From: Actinomycetota bacterium
GTDB taxonomy: Bacteria; Actinomycetota; Geothermincolia; Geothermincolales; RBG-13-55-18
Assembly (NCBI GenBank): GCA_014360645.1
Contig: JACIXD010000016.1
Span: 12,395 to 76,394 of the forward strand
Length of the DNA: 64,000 nt
Direction: 5' to 3'
Shown here one piece after another: positions 57,307 through 64,000 of the stretch. Under the pieces are notes generated by a model, which worked only from the letters and a program-made list of their open reading frames with translations, made no database searches and was not told the DNA's origin. A program made the position numbers and the translations under genes. Position 1 is the stretch's first letter, and each line of letters starts with the position of its first letter.

Positions 57307-57804
57307 CTATTCCACCTCGAAGAACTGGTCCTCGGGCGCGCCGCAGATGGGACACTTCTCGGGGATGACGTCGTCGGCCACGTACCCGCACACGCCGCAC
57401 ACGTAGTAATTCGGGATGCGGTCGGCGACCATGTGCTGCAGGGCGCCCTCGTAGAGCTTGGCGTGCCTCTCCTCCACGTCCCGCGCGTAGGCGAACATGG
57501 TGGCGGCCGCCTTCTCGCCCTCCGCCTCCGCCTCGGCGATGAAGGAGTCGTAGCCCACGGCGGCTATCTTCTGCTCGCTGGCCAGGGCCTCCTCCAGGTT
57601 GGTCTCGGTGTCCTTGATCTCCCGCAGCAGGCGCAGGTTGTTGAAGGCATGCACGGCCTCCGATTCCGCCACGGCGCGGAAGAGCTTGGCCACGCCCTCG
57701 TATTCCTCCTCCTCCGCTTTTTTCGCGAAGGCCTTTAGCCTGACCACCGCCTTGGACTCGCCGGTGTAGGCATCGTATAGGTTCTGTCTCGTCTTCTCTC
57801 CCAT
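57307..57804 (-). CDS. rbr: Rubrerythrin
   Basis: Ferritin-like di-iron domain (E…EAVH pairs) plus a C-terminal rubredoxin-like CGVCGY…CPICG. Confidence 0.9.
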   Translation of the reverse strand: MGEKTRQNLYDAYTGESKAVVRLKAFAKKAEEEEYEGVAKLFRAVAESEAVHAFNNLRLLREIKDTETNLEEALASEQKIAAVGYDSFIAEAEAEGEKAAATMFAYARDVEERHAKLYEGALQHMVADRIPNYYVCGVCGYVADDVIPEKCPICGAPEDQFFEVE

Positions 57805-57999
57805 ATCGCCCCCTTCATCTCCGGGCCGCGGCGCATGCCGCGGCGATCGACGTCTTGGTTCCGCACAGACTCCTTCTCCCGGATCACCTATAGATTACCA
57901 GCACTCTCCGGCACGCGCACGCTGCCCTGCCCCGTTTCGGGCGACTCGAGGCCCGCCCGTGACCGGGCGCCGGGAAAACGCGAGAGCTGGCCGTGTCCC

Positions 58000-58230
58000 T
58001 CATCCCTTTTTTCGCACGAATACGTGGTATTCGCCTTCCCGCTCCTCGATGCCCAGGAACTCGTGGCCGGTCTTTTCGCACCACGCGGGCATGTCGCTCT
58101 TTATGCCCCTGTCGTCGGCGATCACCTCCAGGATCTCCCCTTCCCGCAGCTCCTTTATCTCCTGGGAGGTCTTGACGATGGGCATGGGGCAGTAAAGGCC
58201 CACGCAGTCAAGGGTCCTGTCCGCCTTCAT
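58000..58230 (-). CDS. tusA: TusA-like sulfurtransferase (SirA/YedF family)
   Basis: Translation LDCVGLYCPMPIVKT. RBS GGAGGTG is present. Confidence 0.85.
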   Translation of the reverse strand: MKADRTLDCVGLYCPMPIVKTSQEIKELREGEILEVIADDRGIKSDMPAWCEKTGHEFLGIEEREGEYHVFVRKKG

Positions 58231-58451
58231 GTCCGCACCTCCTCTCCGCCGTCCTCACATCTCCGGTCTCTGCCTCTTACTGAAACGCCCGGCGGTACCG
58301 GAAAAAACGGCTCGGTGGGAGGCGGCCCCCACCTTTTCCCGCGCCGTCCTCCCGGCCCGTCGGCGGCGGCCCGCCCGCCGCCGCGACCGGGGTTCCGCGT
58401 CCGCGTGCCCGGAACGGCGTGCGCCGCGTGTGAGACCCGGAACCCCGCCTC

Positions 58452-58937
58452 CTAGATGAAGAGGTTTATCTTCGACCCCGCGGCCTTCTCCACGTAGGTG
58501 GCGGCGCCGGCGAACTCCTCCACCTCGGGGATGAAGTCCCCCTCCTCCAGCCCCATGAGGGCCATGGAGGTGGTGCAGGCGATGAAGCGCACCCCCAGCT
58601 CCCTGGCCATGGAGATCATCTCCTCCAGGGAGGGCATGCGGTACTTCTTCATCAACGACTTCATCGCTGCCCTGCCGCCCCCCAGCATGTCCAGGCGCGA
58701 CAGCCTGAGGCGTCGGGCGCCGCCCCGGTTCATCAGCCCCAGCATCCTCTGCAGAGGGCTCCTGCCGCTTCCTCCGGCTCTCTCCCTGGCCACCACGTTG
58801 AGCCCCCAGAAGGTGAAGAACATGGTCACCTCCATTCCCATGGAGGCCGCGGTGGTGGCGATGTTGAAGGCCGCCAGGGCGCGGTCGAGCTCGCCGCTGA
58901 AGACCACTATGGTCGCGCGCTCTCTTTCCTCTCCCAT
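58452..58937 (-). CDS. DsrE/DsrF-like sulfur-relay protein
   Basis: Translation …IVVFSGELDRALAAFNIATTAASMG…FFTFWG… and …RFIACTTSM…. Confidence 0.8.
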   Translation of the reverse strand: MGEERERATIVVFSGELDRALAAFNIATTAASMGMEVTMFFTFWGLNVVARERAGGSGRSPLQRMLGLMNRGGARRLRLSRLDMLGGGRAAMKSLMKKYRMPSLEEMISMARELGVRFIACTTSMALMGLEEGDFIPEVEEFAGAATYVEKAAGSKINLFI

Positions 58938-58958
58938 CTCCTCTGTGCCTCCTCGAGG

Positions 58959-59147
58959 TCAGGGTTTTCCCCCGCAGGAGGGGCAACTTTCGGCCCCCTC
59001 CCTCACCGAGGCTCCGCAGCTCCCGCAGGTCACGATGACCACCTCGCAGGGCACGCATGCCTGCGGCATATCGGCACAGAGCGCCGTCTCCTCGTCGCAG
59101 TACGGGCAGTTGCAGGAACCCTCGCTCCGCTTCTCCTCTTCCTTCAT
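58959..59147 (-). CDS. Small cysteine-rich (metal-binding) protein
   Basis: Translation …CNCPYCDE…CVPCEVVIVTCGSCG…CPSCGG. An SD-like sequence lies upstream. It is 4 nt from the IscU stop. Confidence 0.45.
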   Translation of the reverse strand: MKEEEKRSEGSCNCPYCDEETALCADMPQACVPCEVVIVTCGSCGASVREGAESCPSCGGKP

Positions 59148-59536
59148 CGCTCCCCACCCCTTCCCTTTCTATCCAGGTAGTCCTCGATGGCCTTGTGAAG
59201 CGCGTCCGCACCCAGGTTGGAACAGTGCATCTTCTGCTTGGGGAGTCCTCCCAGCTCCTTAGCCACATCGTCCCGGGTGATCTCAAGGGCTTCCTCCACC
59301 GTCTTTCCCTTGGCCATCTCGCTCACCATGCTGGAGACGGCGATGGCCGCCCCACAGCCGAAGGTCTTGAACTTCACGTCCTCAAGTCGCCCGTCCTCTC
59401 CGACCTTGATATAGAAGGTCATCATGTCCCCGCATACGGGGTTGCCCACTTCCCCCACGCCGTCGGCGTCCTCGATCTCGCCCACGTTGCGGGGGTTGGT
59501 GAAGTGGTCCATGACCACGTCGCTGTATTGCGCCAT
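59144..59536 (-). CDS. iscU: Fe-S cluster assembly scaffold IscU/NifU N-terminal domain
   Basis: Translation MAQYSDVVMDHFTNPRNVG…GNPVCGDMM…KTFGCGAAIA…HCSNL. RBS GGGGGT is present. Confidence 0.85.
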   Translation of the reverse strand: MAQYSDVVMDHFTNPRNVGEIEDADGVGEVGNPVCGDMMTFYIKVGEDGRLEDVKFKTFGCGAAIAVSSMVSEMAKGKTVEEALEITRDDVAKELGGLPKQKMHCSNLGADALHKAIEDYLDRKGRGGER

Positions 59537-59541
59537 GTCCC

Positions 59542-60720
59542 TTACCCCCTTTCCTTGATGTACCTGGCATAAAGCGGCGACATCTGCCGCAGCCTCTCCA
59601 CGATGGGAGGAAAGACCTCCAGCACGTGATCCACGTCCTCCATGGTGTTCTGGAGGCCGAAGCTGAAGAGTATGGACCCTTGGGCCCGCTCCGCGGGTAT
59701 GCCGCAAGCGGCGAGCACGTGGGAGCCCTTGAGGGCGCGGGAGGTGCAGGCGGAGCCGCTGGACACCGCCACGCCCTTCTGGTCCAGGAAGAGGAGCATC
59801 CCCTCGCCCTCGATGAACTCCACCGCGAAGCTGGCGTTCCAGGCCAGCCGCTCGGTGGGATGTCCCGTGAGGTAGAGGTGGTCTATCCTCTCCGGCAGGG
59901 CGGAGATGAGGGCGTCGCGCAGGGACGAAAGATGCGCGCTCCTCTCCGCCATATCCCGTTTCGCGGCCTCCGCCGCCACCCCCATGCCCACGATGGCCGC
60001 CACGTTCTCCGTGCCTCCCCGGCGGCCTCCTTCCTGTACCCCGCCGTCTAACAGGGGGATGAGGCGTAGCCCCCGTTTCACCCACAGCGCCCCCGCTCCC
60101 TGGGGGCCGTACAGGAGATCGGAGGCGACGGTCAGGGCGGAGACCCCCAGCCCCTTCACGTCTAAGGGCAGGGTGCCCGCCGCGGCCACCGCGTCGGTGT
60201 GGAAGGGCACCTCCTTCTCGGCGGCGATGCGGGCGGCAGCGGCGATGGGCTGGATGGTACCGATCTCGCCGTTGGCCGCCATCACCGAGACCAGCACGGT
60301 GTCGTCTCCGATGGCCACCTCCAGCTCCTCTAGGTCTATCCTGCCCGCGGCGTCCACGGGCACCAGGGTCAGCTCGTAGCCCTGTTTCTCGAGGGACCGG
60401 GCGGCATGCAGCACGGAGAAATGCTCGATGGCCGAGACCACGATATGTCTGCCCTTGCGCCGCGAGCCCGCCGCGATCCCCTTCACCGCCAGGTTGTTGG
60501 CCTCGGTGCCGCTGGAGGTGAAGATGATCTCCTCCGGCTCCGCGCCCAACAGGGCGGCGACCCTTTCCCTCGCCTCCTCGACCGCCTCGCGGGCGGCGTC
60601 CCCGCGGCTGTGCAGCGAGGAGGGGTTGCCGAAACGCTCTCCCAGGAAGGGGAGCATGGCCTCCCGCGCCTCGGGCAGAAGGGGCGTCGCCGCGTAGTTG
60701 TCGAGGTACACCTCCCTCAT
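59542..60720 (-). CDS. iscS: Cysteine desulfurase (NifS/IscS)
   Basis: Motifs …TSSGTEANN… and …SSGSACTS…. The PLP lysine region is present. Confidence 0.9.
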   Translation of the reverse strand: MREVYLDNYAATPLLPEAREAMLPFLGERFGNPSSLHSRGDAAREAVEEARERVAALLGAEPEEIIFTSSGTEANNLAVKGIAAGSRRKGRHIVVSAIEHFSVLHAARSLEKQGYELTLVPVDAAGRIDLEELEVAIGDDTVLVSVMAANGEIGTIQPIAAAARIAAEKEVPFHTDAVAAAGTLPLDVKGLGVSALTVASDLLYGPQGAGALWVKRGLRLIPLLDGGVQEGGRRGGTENVAAIVGMGVAAEAAKRDMAERSAHLSSLRDALISALPERIDHLYLTGHPTERLAWNASFAVEFIEGEGMLLFLDQKGVAVSSGSACTSRALKGSHVLAACGIPAERAQGSILFSFGLQNTMEDVDHVLEVFPPIVERLRQMSPLYARYIKERG

Positions 60721-60721
60721 C

Positions 60722-62554
60722 TCAACTTCCTCCTCCTTTGACGAAGCGCGCCTGTACGCCCTGTCCAGCGGCGCGCGTTACCCCGTATCCCGCGTGCGCA
60801 CGGGGATGGATCCCCAGCGCCTCCCTTAACGCTTCCGGCGAGACGGCTCGCAGGACGCATCTGTCCCTGGTGCAGAGCTCCGCCTCAGCCTCTATTGTTC
60901 CCGTTCCCCCCTCGGTCATAATCATCGTCCGCGCCCTGGAGGAGAGAGCGGCGGTCGCCAGCAGGGCGTCTCCCGCGGAGGACCCCGTGCCCCTCAGGCG
61001 CACCATCAGGGGTCCCCGCAGGTAGAGGTTGACCGCCAGGGCGAAGGGGGCGGCCAGAAAACCGTAGGCCGGCGCGTCGTCCGCCACGGCCTCGAGAGCC
61101 CGACCGGCCAGCTCGCGCCATTCCTCCCTGCCCCCGCAGGCCCATGCCGCGAGCATGGCGGAGGCGGCGCGCGACTGCGCCGGGAGCTCGGCGGGACGCG
61201 GCTTGAGGCCGGGCAGCTCCCACCCTGGCGCCACGTCCAGGAAGAGGCCGCGTTCCTCCGACCAGTGGCTTCCCGCCATCAGCTCCGCCAGCGTCTCCGC
61301 TCGCTCCATCCACCTGCGTTCGCCGCTGTATCCGTATGCCGCGAGGAACGCCGTCAGGGCTTCCGATGCGTCTTCCAGGAGTCCCCAGCGGTGCGCCCGC
61401 CCCTCCTCGTCCAGATAGTGCGCCATGCCCTCTCCGGCGAGGAAGGCCCGCGACCAGAGGTGTTCCAGGGCGGCCAGGCCGAGGCTCACGTATTCTCCTT
61501 TCCCAAGAAGGGAGCCCGCCTGAAGGAAGGACGCCGCGGCCTGCGCGGCCAGGTCGGTGTACACGGTGCGGTCGACGGGGGGCGCCTCCGCCTTCGCCCT
61601 CCCGGCGGCGGGGAGGAGGTAATACTCCTCGTCTGCGTCCTGGCTGCCGAAGAAACGCGCCTCTCCGTCGCTCAAGGTGCGGTAGATAAAGGCGGCGGTC
61701 TCGGAGGCCGTGAGCCTGAACACCTCCTCGCCCGTCAGGGCGTAGGCCCTGAGCAGCACCCGGATCAGGCCGGCGTTGTCGGCCAGCATCTTCTCGTAAT
61801 GGGGGACGGACCAGTCGCGGGTGGTGGAGTAGCGGAAAAAACCTCCCTCGACCCGGTCCAGGATGTTGCCCCGGATCATGGCCTCCAGGGTGGTGCGCGC
61901 GAACAACAGGTACTCGTCGATGCCCTCGTCGGAGTAGAGATCGAGGGCCAGCTCCAGGGCCTCCACCTGAGGGAACTTGGGCTCCCTGCCCAGCCCCCCG
62001 TGGACTCGGTCCCAGGCGCGCAGCAGGGCGGCCCCCGTCTCCTCCACCAGCGCCAGGTCCAGTCCCGGCCGGCGGACGGCGGCAGTCGGCAGCTCCACAT
62101 CCCTGCCGCCGAGGTCCACCTCGCGGTCGCGGTACAGCTCCGCGATCCTCTGCAGGGCGGCGCGCATGGTCTCGGGAGGGATGTAGGTGGCGCCCGCCAG
62201 GAGGTTTCCCTGCCCGTCCAGGAACGCGGTGGTGGGCCACCCCCCCTGGTTGTAGCGCCGGTTGATGTCGGGGTTGCGGTCGCTGTCCACGCGCACCGGC
62301 ACGTAGAGGCGGTTCACGAGGTCGATCACCGCGGGGTCAGAGTAGGTGGTCTCGTCCATGACATGGCACCAGTGGCACCAGACCGCGGAGATGGAGAGCA
62401 GCACGGGTTTTCCCTCCGCATCTGCCCGCCGGAAGGCCTCCTCGCCCCAGTTCATCCAGTCGATCTCCGCGGCGCGGTTGGGCCGGGGAGAAAACCTGAA
62501 GGGCTCCCTGAGGCCGGGTTCCCTCACGCCCGAAGCATCCTTTCCGCTTTCCAT
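60722..62554 (-). CDS. Thioredoxin-domain protein of the YyaL/DUF255 family (thioredoxin plus six-hairpin glycosidase-like fold)
   Basis: Thioredoxin motif …VWCHWCHVM…, then an N-acylglucosamine-2-epimerase-like region. The ATG at 62554 has better SD spacing than the annotated GTG at 62563. Confidence 0.8.
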   Translation of the reverse strand: MESGKDASGVREPGLREPFRFSPRPNRAAEIDWMNWGEEAFRRADAEGKPVLLSISAVWCHWCHVMDETTYSDPAVIDLVNRLYVPVRVDSDRNPDINRRYNQGGWPTTAFLDGQGNLLAGATYIPPETMRAALQRIAELYRDREVDLGGRDVELPTAAVRRPGLDLALVEETGAALLRAWDRVHGGLGREPKFPQVEALELALDLYSDEGIDEYLLFARTTLEAMIRGNILDRVEGGFFRYSTTRDWSVPHYEKMLADNAGLIRVLLRAYALTGEEVFRLTASETAAFIYRTLSDGEARFFGSQDADEEYYLLPAAGRAKAEAPPVDRTVYTDLAAQAAASFLQAGSLLGKGEYVSLGLAALEHLWSRAFLAGEGMAHYLDEEGRAHRWGLLEDASEALTAFLAAYGYSGERRWMERAETLAELMAGSHWSEERGLFLDVAPGWELPGLKPRPAELPAQSRAASAMLAAWACGGREEWRELAGRALEAVADDAPAYGFLAAPFALAVNLYLRGPLMVRLRGTGSSAGDALLATAALSSRARTMIMTEGGTGTIEAEAELCTRDRCVLRAVSPEALREALGIHPRAHAGYGVTRAAGQGVQARFVKGGGS

Positions 62555-62673
62555 CTCCTTCACCTTCCTTTCGAGCCGGGAGCTTCCTTCTCCCTCCGTC
62601 GCCTGACAGTTCCCGGTTCAAATACGTGAGGGGCGGGTGTTCCGCCCCTCACCGCCTTTCAGGCCTGGATGAA

Positions 62674-62818
62674 CTAGTTCTTCTTGCCGCGCTTTACCTG
62701 AGCCGCTATCTTCTCGCCTTTCCGCATCTGCTTTTCCATGGTCACGCAAGGATACTTGGAATCCGCGCAGTGGGGGCAGCAGAGGCCTCCCCTTTCCGTC
62801 GTTTCTTTTTTAGCCATT
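62674..62818 (-). CDS. 47-aa zinc-finger-like protein (MAKKETTERGGLCCPHCADSKYPCVTMEKQ…), absent from the supplied ORF track
   Basis: A strong RBS, AAAAGGAGGATAA, lies directly before the ATG. Four Cys are arranged as CCxHC…C. Confidence 0.5.
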
Positions 62819-62990
62819 TATCCTCCTTTTTATGCTCGCTTCGCCTTCCGACACGACTATAGCCCGCCCCGCGGGGAAAGCAAATGACCTATATCAAGAC
62901 CGGGATCATGACCCGCATCATGGCCGCCGGAGCCGCTTTCCTCCGGGGAGGAGGCGTTTTTACATCGCCACGCGGCGTCGCCGGCTTCCG

Positions 62991-63669
62991 TCAGATCCCG
63001 TCGAAGTAGGCGAGGAGGGCCTCCTTGTCCCTTACCACCAGCAGCTTGCCGTCGCTGGCCATGATGCCTTCCTTCTTCAGGCGGCTCATGATGCGGGAGA
63101 CCGTCTCCTCGGTGGAACCCACCAGGCCGGCGATGTCCCGGTTGGTGAGGGGGGTGTCGATGACCAGGCCGCACTTGTCGCTGATCCCGATCTCGTCCAC
63201 CATCTTCAGCAGCACGCAGGCGATGCGCTTCTCCACTTTTTCCCCCGCGATGCAGCGTTCCTTGTAGTAGGCCTGGTCCAGTTTCTCCACCACCAGCCTC
63301 ATGAGGTGCAGGGCGAAGAGCTGGTCGCGGGAGACCAGCCACTGCAGGTCGTCCCAGCTTATCCTCCAGGTGCGTGCAGGCTCGCGGGCCACGGCGGAAT
63401 AGGAGTAGATGCCGTCTTCGTGGAGGGCGCCCTCCCCGAATACGCCGCCGGGGTATAGGAAGCCGAGGATGAAGAGCTTCCCGTCCCCGTGCACGATGTT
63501 GGCCTCCACCGTGCCCTCTTCAACCAGGTAGAGGTGGGTGGCCTCCTCCTGGTCTATGAAGATGTACTGCTCGCGCTCGTGCCTCTCCGGCCGGAAGAGC
63601 TCGCGCGCTTCCTCGCGCAGCCCCTCCTCGAGATGGTTGAGGAACTCCCGCAAGTGGTGGTCCTCCAAG
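62991..63669 (-). CDS. Crp/Fnr family transcriptional regulator
   Basis: cNMP-binding β-barrel (…GTVEANIVHGDGKLFILGFLYPGGVFGEGAL…) plus a C-terminal HTH (TNRDIAGLVGSTEETVSRIMSRL). A TTG start at 63669 with RBS GAGGAGG is proposed, and TATAAT lies just upstream. Confidence 0.7.
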
Positions 63670-63781
63670 CTCGCCTCCTCGTTCGAAGGTATGTTTCGCG
63701 GCCTTTCGATTATAGCAACTGGGGAACGGAAAGAGCATGGCCTCCGTTTCGGGGACGTGGTCCTGTGGTGAGCGGGCCTCC

Positions 63782-64000
63782 TCATTCCCGGACATGGATG
63801 CCCTTGATGAGGTCGATGCGCGTGACCACCCCCACGACCTTACCCTCCTCGTCCACCACCGCCAGGAAACGGGTCTGGTCGGAGAACATCTTCATGATCG
63901 CGGCTTGGATGGTCGCCTTCGGGTCGATGGTCAGCGGGGGAGCGAACATGATGTCCTCCACCGTGCGGTAGGTGGGGGAGGCGGGGTCCCTGCGCGCGAA
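63782..64000 (-). CDS. CBS-domain protein (C-terminal part; start lies beyond the window end)
   Basis: Translation …TVEDIMFAPPLTIDPKATIQAAIMKMFSDQTRFLAVVDEEGKVVGVVTRIDLIKGI*. Confidence 0.6.
   Translation of the reverse strand, partial: FARRDPASPTYRTVEDIMFAPPLTIDPKATIQAAIMKMFSDQTRFLAVVDEEGKVVGVVTRIDLIKGIHVRE

Overview
High-GC (~65%) bacterial chromosomal window with about 55 protein genes. The gene content points to an anaerobe: tungsten-type aldehyde:ferredoxin oxidoreductase, a heterodisulfide-reductase-D-like Fe-S protein, a corrinoid protein with a uroporphyrinogen-decarboxylase-family methyltransferase, rubrerythrin, and a YyaL-IscS-IscU-DsrE-TusA sulfur-relay operon. Much of the window encodes acyl-CoA metabolism: two AMP-forming ligases, two acyl-CoA dehydrogenases flanking a MerR regulator, three TetR regulators, a 3-hydroxyacyl-CoA dehydrogenase, and a DUF35-thiolase-thiolase-DUF35 operon with two SCP2-domain proteins. 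A dTDP-rhamnose / glycosyltransferase cluster follows. Three secreted enzymes (a glycoside hydrolase, an S8 peptidase and a CE4 deacetylase) share an unusual ~95-aa repeat module. The first ~15 kb is accessory-like. It is saturated with two REP-like repeat families, mostly arranged as inverted doublets (REPINs or MITE-like elements) around a REP-associated tyrosine transposase (RAYT). This region also holds an AvcD-like kinase-deaminase fusion with an overlapping Zn-ribbon ORF. Other unusual non-coding features are a tRNA-like gene with a long variable arm and GCA anticodon driven by a very AT-rich promoter, immediately followed by a 73-bp x8 tandem array; a 29-bp tandem repeat in a divergent promoter; and a palindromic candidate operator upstream of the MerR/acyl-CoA dehydrogenase cluster. 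All coordinates and starts were derived by eye from the sequence; functional calls rest on recognisable motifs and domain order, not on searches.
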